From Macrostomum lignano (taxonomy: Eukaryota): a DNA stretch of 64,000 nucleotides. The notes below the pieces were generated by a model that saw nothing but the letters and a program-made list of their open reading frames with translations, was not told the DNA's origin and ran no database searches. Positions 22,448 through 35,700 of this stretch are shown here, in pieces. The position numbers were made by a program, and so were the translations under genes. Position 1 is the stretch's first letter, and the number at the start of each line of letters is the position of its first letter. The stretch is from positions 9,570 through 73,569 of the forward strand of contig NIVC01000147.1 in assembly GCA_002269645.1 (NCBI GenBank). The letters run 5' to 3'.

Positions 22448-25400
22448 AATGGCGTATTGAATGGCGTACAATCGTAATCTTTATTCGAATCATTACGAGC
22501 GTACCAAGTATGAAATTGTGCTATTTTGTCATTAAATACGAGCGTAAGTTCAAACCCCTCCTTAGCAGCTGATTGATTTTACCCTCTTTTTTCAATACAA
22601 ATAAGGCAGTTACAGCTGTGTGCGAAAACTCATCGTCAACCCTAGCCGCTACGATGATGGCTCTATCAAAATGTACATCTGATAAAAAAGTGTACGAGCG
22701 TAACAGGGCCAAAACTTTAATTGGAGCAGTCTCTCCAATTTTGTGGATCCAGCAAAGAGACTTTATATAAGACCTTTCAGGCGATAAATTTCAAACATCA
22801 ATCCCTGTAAGAACAGGCACAGTCTACAATAGAAAATTCCGTTTTCTCTCGCTCAGCTATCTGATATCTCAGCTCAATCTCCCCGTACCTTATTCTTAAA
22901 ACTCACCAATGCTTATACGCTCGTAGTTTGTTCACTCAGTGTATACGGCACTCAGTGTAATTTAAGTCTATGCATGGCCGACTACCCGAGTTGACTGAAA
23001 TCTCGTCGGCCTTGCCCTTACACTCGCATTCCCTCCGCTGGAAAGAGAAACAGTACGTGCAGCGGTAGGCCGAAAATCCTACTTTTCTGCCTTTTAAGGA
23101 TCTTAAAATACTGAGGATCTTGAGGATCTAAAAATGAGGATCTTAAAAAGGTGAGAAAAAATTAAATAGGCTATCTTCGGTTTTTCCATTTAAGTTTCAA
23201 TGCTGATTTGCCAGTATTTTGGGAGGAGATCGATTTCCAACAGACAAACACGTCAATTTTAGAACGTTAGAGAAGAGTGAAGAGAGACGGAGATCGCAAG
23301 ACAATAAATTAATAGTCTACTAAGTGTTTCGAGTGGTAAAATAAAATTTAATGATTAGAGCCAAATAAAAGTATGGGTCTAATCAAACGACCAACGGCGA
23401 GCAAAATAGAAAGGAAGTCAACCAACAGTAAAGTAAAGTAAGGTCGAAAGGTCTGTTTCGGCTTTTTACTGCTTTTCAACTTGATGCAGCTATAGATATG
23501 AATTACGGCATTTTTGAAGAGTATAACACATCTGTTGTTCAAGATATAGTAGACAGCCCTCTTCTTAGGAAAAAAAATTGTGTGAGTCACTAGAAAAAAA
23601 AGTGTTAAATAATTTCGGAGCAGTGTAATTATGTGAAATCTAAACGTTTTTTTACTGTACTGTAGCATTTCGGACCAAATTAAAAATTTTTGGCTTGCGC
23701 AGCGGGGGCTTAGCCTGTGCTTCGATTAGGCCTCTTAGTTCTCTTCGCGTGTTGTGAAATGCCGTCTCTGTTTTGACCACGTAGCGTACCGCTACCGGTA
23801 TTGAATTCAACATTTAGGTTGTATAGAATCAGGACCACCATTCTGGTGTTGCCTTCACATTTGTTTTGGTTTGGCATAGGCAGACAGACATAGTTTGCCT
23901 ATGCCTACCTATGTAGAATGTAGTAATAAATGATTCATAATCTTAACCTCTATTATGGCATTCTCATAATCTAGTAGAAAGTATAAGTTGATAATAGGCC
24001 TATACGAATTGTTCATACTTGATTATTAGCATAATAGTAAATATGCTAAGTAGGGGCCTAATATAATATAGTAAATAATCTATAATTAAGAACACTTTGT
24101 ATCATTGTATGTACTCAAGAAAAAACTACCTACATTTTTGTGTATACCAATGTAGTCATATTAAAGATAGGCCTACATTACCTTACAGTTACAAAGCTTA
24201 TACAAAGCTCTAAATTATCAATTTTGAAATATTACCATTAGATAGATGATTTTAGTATTTAATTTCAATTAGATTTAAAAACTGTGAATAATAGTTATAT
24301 TTGCCATAGCCAGGGTCATGTAAACTATGTATGCACTAAAGAATTTTTAGACAAAAATGAACAAGCTATCACTAGCTGCGTCTCAGCTACATCAAAATTT
24401 TAAACTAATGCCCCAAATGTGCTTATAATAAAATCTTATAGATCCATAGTGCGGAAGGATTTCTGTATACGACGGAAGGTAAATTTTCATTTTGGCCTGT
24501 TATACGACAGTACGACAGGGATTAGAAAATGGTACTAGTGTTGTACGACAGAGTTAGAGTTTAAGGAAGTGCTGTATGACAAAAATTCTTGATATTGCAT
24601 TTTTTCAATATGCAAAGTAAAACAACAGATATATTGTACTTTTCTGCTTGCAATGTCAAGTATAGTTTTGCGCCAATAAAATTGAATTAAGAGTTTGTAC
24701 AAATATAATACTGATAATTTAAATTACCCTTTGAGTGGAAAAGTGCAACTATTAATTTTTACTTCTTTGCTTCAACGCAATACATTAACAACGACGTTAT
24801 GAGTTATTTACGAGACTACGAGTATCTGGTACTGGTGTCCGATTGTCCATCAAAGGAATACTATGTCTATACTTCACGTATGAGTCGTATGACATTGACA
24901 AGTGTACAACAGACAGACATGTAACATGTTTACATGTACGACATAGCGCCCCCCAAAAATTAGCGATGTACGACATGTACGACAGGCGATCCCTGTGTAC
25001 GACGGAGATTTCTGGCATATACCCGTCCTTCTGCACTATGGTTATAGATTATGGTCCAATAGTTATATCCCAAAAGATTTCAGCTCATTAAATAATACTT
25101 GCTTCATTTCTTAGGCAGTTTTATGAAATAAAACATGATTGTATGATTTAAAAAATCAATAGGCCCTACTAATCAAAATACATGTAGACTTGTCACATTT
25201 CATAATTTTGATCAAAACACAATTAGCACTGTTGATGGATTTCAACTTTACCTAACTAAGTATTCATAGCATTAGCACATTTGCTGAGTGCAACCAGCTT
25301 GTATTGTATACATAAGATATAGTAAATGCATGCAATTAAATTGACCAGATTTTTCCAAATTTAAGAAATGTGCTAGTTTAACAAAATGAATACTTTTTTA

Positions 25401-25724
25401 TTAGGAATATCAAACATTTTGTAAAGTATTTATTATACAAATCATTTATATGATTTCTTTTTTATTATCATCAGTTTGGCATAATAAACTGGGGCACCAA
25501 AAAGCAATCTGGGGCACCTAAATGCTGGGCACTAAAAAGCATAGGCACCAAAATGCATGGAAACTGAATTTTAACCATTACATAGGCTGCTTTATGTTGC
25601 GCTACTGCATCACAACTATACCATATTGCATATATATCAATATATTGAATTGAAAAGGCTTCTATTTGCTGGAGTTTTCTAGGCAAAAGGACATTGGTAT
25701 ATACATTCAAAGTTTAAGGTATTG

Positions 25725-26004
25725 AATTTCTAATCAAACAGTACAAAACTCATAAAAATCGGTTAAGCTATTTTTCTCTATTCTATCCTATCACATATAG
25801 ATTATATATATATGTATATGCCTGCCGAGATCTTGTTGCTAGCAGAGGCCATCAGCCTGATGGACCTTATCAAATTTGTTTATCCATCATTTGAGGCCTC
25901 GGCAGAAAGAGAGGTCTAATCTAATCAAATCATATATATGTGCTAGATTAGAGAAAAATAGCTTAACCAATTTTTATGAGTTTTGTATTGTTTGATTAGA
26001 AATT
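25725..26004. repeat. Foldback/MITE-like inverted repeat with arms of about 70 bp
   Basis: AATTTCTAATCAAACAGTACAAAACTCATAAAAATCGGTTAAGCTATTTTTCTCTA and its reverse complement at about 25945-26004. Confidence 0.8.
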
Positions 26005-26509
26005 TTCCTGTAACAGTACATGTGTCTTGGCTAAGAAATTGCACAATGCTAAAGGAATTAAATATCAAAAAACATGCTTTTTAGCAAAGGTGAAGCAAAC
26101 TTTTCAACTTGAAATGCATTGTAAGAATGCTAGAGAAAAAACTGACTGGTTGAATTCTGATTCTGAAATAGATTGCATTATAACTAAATTGTAATTCCAA
26201 CTTAAATTGAAAATGCAATATGGAAGTGTAGCACCAGACTTGATTTAGATTGTGTAAACATATTGTTAACTGATACTGACTGACTAAGAAATTGATTGTC
26301 ATAACTGCTTTGTGTGATTTACTCTTTACTTGGAGTTTAAGGTATTGAATTATATAGGTGCTAAATTTCATGCTATCAAAACAATAAGAGCTAACCTAGA
26401 GGTAAACAGACTGAACTGCTAAATGCAGCAACAATGGTTCAAATATTCATAGAATAGAATTTTTTAATTAAAGCTTTTTAACAAAAAAAATAAAAATACT
26501 TTTTGAAAA

Positions 26510-26660
26510 AGTGTCATGTAAAAATCATGGAAGTGTCATGTAAAAATCATAAAAGTGTCATGGAATAATAAAAGAAGCATCATGTCAGACATAAAGGAAG
26601 TGTCATGTAAAAATCAAGAGAAGCATCATGTCAAAAATAAAAGAAGCATCACATAAAACT
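26510..26660. repeat. Short degenerate tandem repeat (AAGTGTCATGTAAAAATCAT)
   Basis: About 6 imperfect copies. Confidence 0.7.
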
Positions 26661-27541
26661 GTGCCGTAACTTTTGAGGAGAATTACTATGATATCAAGGC
26701 TCATGAAAATAACTGAGATGTAAAGGATTAAGGGGGAATTTCTGAGATGTCAAGGCAAAAGCCAAGGCAAACCCCACCAACCTTTTGTGTTTAACTATTC
26801 AACTCTAACAACTGAATATGTGATCTCAATTGCAATGGAAATCAATTATGAAAAACTTATCAATTGTATTAGTTGCTACCCATTCTCCACGTTCCTTTTT
26901 ATTTCATGATACCAACAGCTTGACAACACTTAAATGTAACAAGGAATAGATTGCCCTGCTCTGAAATTGTTCATTAGGAGGCCTGTTTTGCGAGCGCGTG
27001 TGCACAGGTGGTCTTGTATTTCTGCATCTTAATACACGGGCTATGTATATAGCTCATAAATCACATCTGATAGCATGATAGGGATAACAGTAATACTCGT
27101 AATTTACACCTGCCTTAATGAGCAGATGCCTTAATGAGCCGGAGCTATTGTGCAGACTTTATTTATTATCTTCAGCATTACCAGACATAGTTGGTTTTAT
27201 ATGATGAAGACATTTGTTTAATAAAATAATACTATAAGTAGGAAATGAGGGCCCGTAACCATTTTCAGCCCAATTACTATAAAATTTTCTCACTGCCTGC
27301 CTAGAAACCCCTGTCTTGGAACTCCAAATCTACCCACCCCAAGCTATCCAAAAAGTAAACTAGCTGTCATTTTCCTGTGGCCATCTTGGTGTGTGGCCGC
27401 TCATCTTAGTCTTACACCATGGCAAAAATGAACATCAAATCCTAACTTAATAACTCGATTTGGTTAAATTGACTGAAATTACCTGAGTACCTGTACCTAA
27501 CTTGAATTTCCAGGCTAAATATCTAGCATATGACTTGTGGT

Positions 27542-29202
27542 ATGGCTGCTGCCTCTAAACCTAGTGAAAGTGCAAAGCACATCATCTTCACTGGGCCACC
27601 TGGTAGGTAAAAGTTTTACTGCTTAATTGGCTCATTACTAACTGACTTGATCATGCTCTCAGCATCCGCCCACAACCTGGGCCTGTTATCTAATCACCAA
27701 TGCAGGTGTAGGCAAGACAACGGCCACTCGTCGATTGGCTGAGCTCTGGCGCAGTCGCGGTCGCCCAGCTGCTGGCTTCTACACAGAGGAGGTCCGGTCC
27801 AGCGGCAGACGGATCGGTTTCGATGTGGTGTCCATTTTCGATGGCAGCCGCGCCACGCTAGCAAGGACCGAGTGAGTGGCTTCAGAATGAATTTTTTTAA
27901 TTTTTATCTGTTTAAGACTTTAAGGCTTCCAGGCTAGAGTTGAACTATTGATATTCCATTATCCGCTACTCTTTCACGAAGTGGCAACCCCTTACCAAGT
28001 CCCTCAGTAGGCGGCAACCCTTTCCCCAGTCCTTACATAGGTGGCAACCCCATCCCCAGTCCTTCAGTAGGCGACAACCCATTCCCCAGTCCTTCAGTAG
28101 GCGACAACCCTTTCCCCAGTCTTTCAGTAGGCGACAACCCTTTCCCCAGTCCTTCATTTGGCGGCAACTCCTTCCGCAGTCCTTCAGTAGACGGCAACCC
28201 TTTCTCCAATCCTTACATAGGCGGCAACCCCTTCCCCAGTCCTTCAGTAGGCGGCAACCCTTTCCCCAGTCCTTCAGTAGGCGGCAAACCATTTCCCCAG
28301 TCCTTCAGTAGGCGGCAACCCTTTCCCCAGTCCTTCAGTAGGCGGCAAACCATTTCCCCAGTCCTTCAGTAGGCGGCAACCCTTTCTCCAATCCTTCAGT
28401 AGGCGGCAACCCCTTCCCCAGTCTTTCAGTAGGCGACAACCCTTTCTCCAGTCCTTCATTTGGCGGCAACCCCTTCCCCAGTCCTTCAGTAGGCGGCAAC
28501 CCTTTCCCCAGTCCTTCAGTAGACGACAACCCTTTCCCCAGTCCTTCAGTAGACGGCAACCCTTTCCCCAGTCCTTCAGTAGGCGGCAACCCTTTCCCCA
28601 GTCCTTCAGTAGACGGCAACCCCTTCCCCCGTCCTTCTGAGGGCTCTCGGTGTTTGGCTATAAAGTCTGTTAATTATAGAAAAATCCCTAGTAAAATGGA
28701 ATACAAAGCAGTAGTACTTAAAAAGTAGTTACTAATGCATCTAGTAACTGCACTCCCAGTCTCCCTGCATCCACACTGCAGACCGTTCGCTGACTTTGTC
28801 CGGTTCGGACAGCCGCCGCCGCCTCGCGTCTCTGCCTATCTAGTCAACACTGGCGCCTTTGAAGCCGCCGCCGAGGCCGCTCTGTCGCCAGCCCTGGCCA
28901 GACTGCAGCAGCCGGATCGGGCCGCTAGCGGGCCACCGCTGCTAGTTGTCATTGACGAAGTTGGCAAGATGGAGTTATTCGGCAGTCAGTTTAAGCGGCT
29001 TGTTGAACACCTGGTTAATCCGGCTCTGACACCACCCTATCAGTTGCTAGTGACCCTGCCAGTAGCTAAGGGGTCGCGGGAGGACCCGTTAATTAGTCGG
29101 CTACGGGCAGACAATAAATTTTTCAAGTACTCGTTGAGTCGCGAGTCGCGCGATGAAGCGCCAGATTCTGCGTTGAAAGCATTGGAATCTGCTGTGTCTT
29201 AG
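27542..29202 (+). CDS. NTPCR: Nucleoside-triphosphatase NTPCR/THEP1; exons 27542-27602, 27706-27871 and 28782-29202 (215 aa)
   Basis: HIIFTGPP|GVGKTT Walker A, GFYTEEVR..GRRIGFDVV, and VVIDEVGKMELF Walker B. The GT-AG phases (1 and 2) are consistent. Confidence 0.95.
27980..28635. repeat. 30-bp minisatellite (GCGGCAACCCTTTCCCCAGTCCTTCAGTAG)n in NTPCR intron 2
   Basis: Tandem units, some of 31 bp. Confidence 0.95.
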
Positions 29203-29369
29203 AATGTTGTCATGCGTAAACTTGTGTCCAATAGAAACCCTAGCTATGATTAATATTAAATAAACTTATTCAGCAACAATAAATTCACACTAATCGCTAG
29301 GATTTTTTAGTTACTTTTTTGTTTTTTTTAGCTTAGGCTTTTTGTGTGTAACTGTTATCTCTACAATTC

Positions 29370-29692
29370 TCAGACCACACCCTGACTTCCTCTGAGACTC
29401 GCAACAGCACACCCTGACTCCCTCTGAGACTCGCAACAGCACACGCTGACTCCCTCTGAGACTGGCAACAGCACACGCTGACTCCCTCTGAGACTGGCAA
29501 CAGCACACCCTGACCCCTCTGAGACTGGCAACAGCACACGCTGACTCCCTCTGAGACTGGCAACAGCACACCCTGACTCCCTCTGAGACTGGCAACAGCA
29601 CACTCTGACTCTCTTCTGAGACTGGCAACAGAACACCCTGACTCCCTCTGACACTGGCAACAGCACACCTGACTCCCCTGAGACTGGCAGCT
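29370..29692. repeat. 32-bp minisatellite (CTGAGACTGGCAACAGCACACCCTGACTCCCT)n between NTPCR and ERCC6L
   Basis: About 10 units with a 32-bp period. Confidence 0.93.
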
Positions 29693-29788
29693 CCGCATGT
29701 GATTTCCAGTATCAAGCCCCGAACCGGGCTCACACCAGCATTATTTGCATCTTGCAGCTTAGTTAAATCGGTCAGTCAGCACAGCGCA

Positions 29789-32700
29789 ATGTCCGCCAGC
29801 CAAAAGGACTTTGACTCAGCAGGCGCCGGCTCCGCATCGCCGCAGAGCGCCGCCCGTCTGCTAGTGAAGCAGGCAAGGCAGCAGTTTAATGCCAACGACT
29901 TCTTAGCGTCTCTGACCAGCCTCCAGGCTGCCTACGCCATCAATCCCAGCGAGTCGCTGCTCAACCGAATCTCGCGCCTGAAGGAATTCCTCGAAGATGC
30001 CAAGGACGGCAGCGATGCTGAAGAAGGCAATGCCGGCAGCGACGAAGAAGCCGGCGGCGCCGACGAGAATTGCAGCGAAGTCGACGCCGACGACGTTGAC
30101 TTTGTAGAGCCGCCTCGCCTGAAGTCGACATTCGCTAAGCCGAAGCCGCGGCCGCGAATTGTCGACGAGGACGACGATGACGAACAGGACGATCGCGACA
30201 ACTGGCGCCGGTCCAAGCATCAGCTGCCGCCGCGAAGGAGGTCGCCGCCGCGGTCGCACATCTCTAAGTCGCCGCTGGCTCTGTCCAACAACAGCGAAGC
30301 CGGACACCGCGATATCGGCGGCGGCAGCAGCAAGTTGGCCGAGGTGTGCCCGGGATTCTCGCTGTGCCGGCCGCTCTTTGATAAGCTGTACGATCACCAG
30401 CGAGCCGGCATCTCCTGGCTGTACAGCCTGCACAAAGCCGGCAAGGGCGGCATCCTGGCCGACGATATGGGACTGGGTGAGTGCTCAACAGCTCTGCAAT
30501 AATCGCCCCTCTCTTACTGATTGCGTGTGAACTCTATCACTATTTTGTTTCACGATAAGCATGTAGCCCCCTTTAAAATCACCCTTCAATATCCCCAACA
30601 TTACCCTTTAATATCCCCAACATCACCCTTTAATATCCCCAACATCACCCTTTAATATCCCCAACATCACCCTTTAATATCCCCAACATCACCCTTTAAT
30701 ATCCCCAACATCACCCTTTAATATCCCCAACATCACCCTTTAATATCCCCAACATCACCCTTTAATATCCCCAACATCACCCTTTAATATCCCCAACATC
30801 ACCCTTTAATGTCCGCCACCATCACCCTTCAATATCTCCAACATCACCCTTTAATGTCCGCCACCATCACCCTTTAATATCCCCAACATCACCCTTTAAT
30901 ATCCCCAACATCACCCTTTAATATCCCCAACATCACCCTTTAATATCCCCAACATCACCCTTTAATATCCCCAACATCACCCTTTAATATCCCCAACATC
31001 ACCCTTTAATATCCCCAACATCACCCTTTAATGTCCGCCACCATCACCCTTGAATATCCCCAACATCACCCTTTAATATCCCCAACATCACCCTTTAATA
31101 TCCCCAACATCACCCTTTAATATCCCCAACATCACCCTTTAATATCCCCAACATCACCCTTTAATATCCCCAACATCACCCTTTAATATCCCTAACGTCA
31201 ACCTCAAAACGCGACTAAATACATCGCCTAGAATCGCCCTGACACCGCACCCACTGTCACCCTTACACTTGCCATAAACATCGGCCCGCGCCACCCGCAG
31301 GCAAGACCATCCAGACCATCGCATTCCTGCGCGGCCTTTTCGATCAAAACGAGATTCGATCCGTTCTGCTAATCATGCCCGTGTCGGTCATCATGACCTG
31401 GCGCCAGGAGTTCGACAAATGGGCCCGCAACTTGCCTGTGTACTTGTACCACGGCCAGACTAAGCGCCAGATGGAATACGATCTGTCCAGGGTGCAGCGG
31501 CGCTCCGGCGTGCTCATCACCACCTACGGCATGGTGGTGTCCTCCTGGCAGAGTCTGGCCTGCGACCAGAATAACCGCACCTTCGTTTGGGACTATGTTA
31601 TTCTGGACGAGGGCCACAAGATCAAGAATTCTAGCCGAAAGACATCCAAGGTCTGTCTGTCTGTCTGTCTGTTTTAGTGTCTGTTTGTCTGTCTGTCTGT
31701 CTTTCTTAGTGTCTGTCTGTCTGTCGTTGTGGATAATTTTAAATAGGTTTTCTTGCACCTAAGTGTATATCTTGAATATGTGAATTGATTTGTTTAAAAC
31801 TATTTATTTTATTTTGTCTTTCAAGGTCACATTTTTTATTTCCTTTTTTGCGTCTTCATTTCCCACACTGACTACTGCCTATATACCACTGCTTAAAAAA
31901 GAACAACAAGCTCCCTGATTTGCCTTCCACAGGGTGTTTTTGCCATCGACGCCAAGCACAGACTGCTCCTCACTGGCACAGCGGTGCAAAACAACCTCAT
32001 GGAGATGTGGGCTCTATTCGACTTCGCCCATCACGGCACCCTGCTGGGCACGCAGAAGACCTTCAAAACCGAGTACGAGCGGCCAATCATTCGGTCCAGG
32101 GAGAAGGACGCCACAGCGTCCGAGCGTCGCTACGGAGACCAGATGGCGCAGAGCCTGAAGGCCCGCATCGAGCCGTACTTCCTGCGCCGGACCAAGCACC
32201 AGATCCAGGCCAGCACCAAGCAGCAGGGCCAGAAGCCCTCGGCCGGGCCGGCAATGCCCTCCCTGACTAGAAAGAACGACGTAGTTGTCTGGCTGTTCAT
32301 GTCTCAGACTCAGCTCAACATCTACCGCGACTTTCTCCAGCTGGACCAGGTCAAGGCCCTGTTAGTGAATAGCAACCGCCGGTCGCCTTTAGTGGAGCTG
32401 ACCGTGCTGAAGAAGATTTGCGATCATCCTCGCCTGCTGTCGGCCAACCAGTGCCAGGATCTGGGCCTGAGCCGCGCCGAGAACATGCTGGATAATAGCC
32501 GGGCCGCTATCCATCTGCCAGTGTCCATGCTGACGGAAGAGAGCGGCAAGATGGCTTTCTTGGCCAAACTAATGGCCCGGCTGAAGGCCGAGGGGCATCG
32601 GACTCTGGTGTTCTCACAGTCGCGCAAGATGCTGGACATTGCCGAGCGAATTCTGGAGGAGCGCGGCCATCGGCTGTCTAGACTGGACGGCCGGGTAACC

Positions 32701-35700
32701 CAGGTGGCTGACCGGCAGCACATTGTCAGCACATTCGCTCGGGACAAGAGCATTGACGCTTTTCTGCTCACCACACAGGTGAGTTTTCATCCATTAGTGT
32801 CGTATCTAAATCTGCAAATCATCTAGAGGTTTCATATCTAATCATTAGATGTGGCGTATCTAAATCATCTAGAGGTTTCATATCTAATCATCCAGAGGTG
32901 GCGTATCTAAATCATCTAGAGGTTTCATATCTAATCATGAGTAACCTGAGTAAGTGTCCGACAGTAGCAGCAGCAGGCCGACTCCCGAGACTTCGCAGTG
33001 GTCCATGTGGACGCGGCTCCATGGAGTTGTCTCCGGTGGCCATATGTCGATTTTGCGATTAGACAGCGGGCGGGACTCAGCGCATGTCCGGCATCTCTCC
33101 ATATACTGTCGCACATCTCGATCCAATCCAGGCCACTAGAATTCCTTGCAGATGTGGGTCTTAGTGCTCTCAAAGCTAGGATGCACTTCATCATGAGCCG
33201 CTTCCAGAATCCTCCGACGAAGCACTGCTGGAGGTACCACTCGAGTTCCATGGATCACCAAGCCGTTATCAGTCGACAGGGAAGTTCTACAGGCTTTAAA
33301 GGGTCGCTCAACCTGAGAAACCTGACCCCAACGCCCGGTTCGGATTCTCTGTTGCAGTCTCTTCAGCACCGAGCAGTTCAGGGTGGCTTCCGGAGCTCCT
33401 GCCGAGTCATCTGCGCTCAGCACTGAATCCGCTTGATGCACCGTGTCCTCATCGACTTCTGCAGTGTAGTTGAGCCTTGACAAGGCATCAGCGTCCAGTA
33501 GCTGCTTTCCTGGAATGTATTCCACAGAGTAATCGAATGCAGACAGTCTCAATGCCCATCTAGTCAGCCTAGCTGAAGCTGTTTTTGACAGGCTTTTGCT
33601 CGGGTTGAAAATAAATCTTAGAGGCTCATAGTCTGTTTGCAAGATAATTTTTTCCCGATCAACATTTTCGCTCGCTCAACTGCCCAGACTATGACTAGCG
33701 CTTCCCTTTCAATGTTAGAGTAGTTGGACTCCGCGGAGGTGAGCATCTTCGATAGGTACATCACCGGGTGACCTGCTTGAGTCAGAACAGCGCCTACAGA
33801 TTTTTCACTAGCATCAACTCGAAGGCAGACTGGCGCATTGATGTCATATGGCTTGGCACACGGCTTGGAGGCGAGACATGCTTTTACTTCGGCAAAGGCA
33901 GCCTCGGCTGCCGGGCTCCCATCGAATGCACTGTCGCTCCTCCTCAGCTCATGCAATACTCGGCAGCGCTCGGAGAAGTTGGGAATCGTCTGCCGTAGAA
34001 CTGTGCGAGTCCTAGAAACTTCTCTAGGTCCTTTTTACTCTTGGGGCTGGCTACCTGTAGCACTCTCTCAACCATCTCTGGGTCTGGTTTGATGCCTTCT
34101 GCATCGATAACATGCCCAAGAAACTTCAGGCTGCTAGTCTCCATAACGTACTTTGACTCGTTAATTTTGACATTGGCCTCTCGCAGTCTTTTCAAGACAC
34201 TTTCCCTGATCTGCTGTAGCTCTAGCGTAGAACTCCCACCAATCAGCACACCATCTTGATAAGTTATAACACTCGGATGCTCACTGATCAGTTCCTCCAT
34301 CTCACGCTGAAAGACTGATGGTGACACCTTGATACCGTAGGGCAGTCTGTTGAAGCAGTAGCAGCCGAATGGGGTGTTGATGGTGGTGACCGCCTTGGAC
34401 TGCTCATCCAGGAGAATCTGGTAGTAGGCGTCTGACAGATCCAGGTCTCTATGGAGGGTGTGAGATACGTCTGGCCTTGAATCAGCTGATTGACGGCCGT
34501 GTAGTCGCCGCAGATCCTCACGGTCTCCCGGCCAGGCTTGGCGGTGACTACGATCGGGCTGCCCCACTCCGATGAGTTCACTTTCTCAGCAATTCCAGCC
34601 GCCTCCATCAGGTCGAGTTCCTTCTTCACCAGCGGTTTTAATGCCATTGGAAGCTTACAGGCCGGTTGGAACACTGGCTCGGCGCTGGACTTGAGTCGGA
34701 TCTCCAACCGCGCCCTTGATTCCAGCCAACTTCAGATATTTGTTGCTCACCTCCTCCGAATGGTGCATCTGCTGGCTGCTTAGCAGATTCCGGCCCAGAA
34801 GACCGAATTGCTGGTGACAGTCTATCACCGGGAGTTCCATTGTCGCAAATCTCCCGTTGTCGCCTTCAGTCTCCACCAGGCACTGTAGGAGGCCAAGCTG
34901 TCTCATCACGTGACCATCATATGACAGCATGCGTGACTTCGGCTTCTTGAGTGCTGGACGTCCAAGGTCGATCCAGATTTTCTTGGAGATCAATGAGCAG
35001 GAGGCGCCGCTGTCCCTCTCCATTTTCACCTGCTTACCGTTGATCTTCACAAAGCAGAAGTCAGCTGGCTTGCCTTCAGTGCAGAAAAACACAGCTTCAT
35101 CCGGGTGGGCTTTGGGCTCCGTGAAGTGCGCCTTGGCGGTGCCGCGACATGCCCTGGCAAAGTGTCCCTGCTTTCCGCACTTGTGGCAAGCAGCTTTCAA
35201 GGCCCGACATTCAGACACATTACGATGCTGAGCCAAGCCGCATCTTCCACACTTGCCCTTGAACTGGTGAACAGTGTGAGCCGATTGCTGCTCCAGCTCT
35301 TGTGACACTGCCTGATGCACAGCTGGCTCAGTTGATGCTCCGATGTTCTGAGCTGCCGATGTTGGTGTCGTGAAGTCGTTGACTAGTTGCAGCTGCTGAA
35401 CAAACTCAGTGATCTGATCTACAGTCAGCTCTTGCGTCATCCCACGCTCCAAAACCTTATTTCTCGTGTCCTGGCTGACTAGGCCAGCGATGAGGCGCGA
35501 TGTCCTCCCACCGCATTCCTGCGATCTTCTTTGGAGCCACCAGCTGTTTGACCTTCATAAGTTGACTTACGCCCAGCGATCCTAGAAATGCGTCTGTCAA
35601 GCCGAGGTTGTTCTCCTCGTCTCTGACTCCTTTGGACCTCGCCTGAGCGTCGAACACTTCTACCCAGGCTTGCAGTTCGTCCACATTTTCCAGAGTCAGT

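Noticed and set aside
23348-23668. AT-rich 100-aa ORFs in 18.8-26.4 kb
   Set aside because: No motifs or splice context, composition unlike host exons, and lengths compatible with chance.
29903-30433. Antisense and alternate-frame ORFs overlapping ERCC6L, GT92, ENaC, mariner and Gypsy
   Set aside because: They are expected shadows of GC-rich coding sequence. The recognisable protein is in the other frame or strand.
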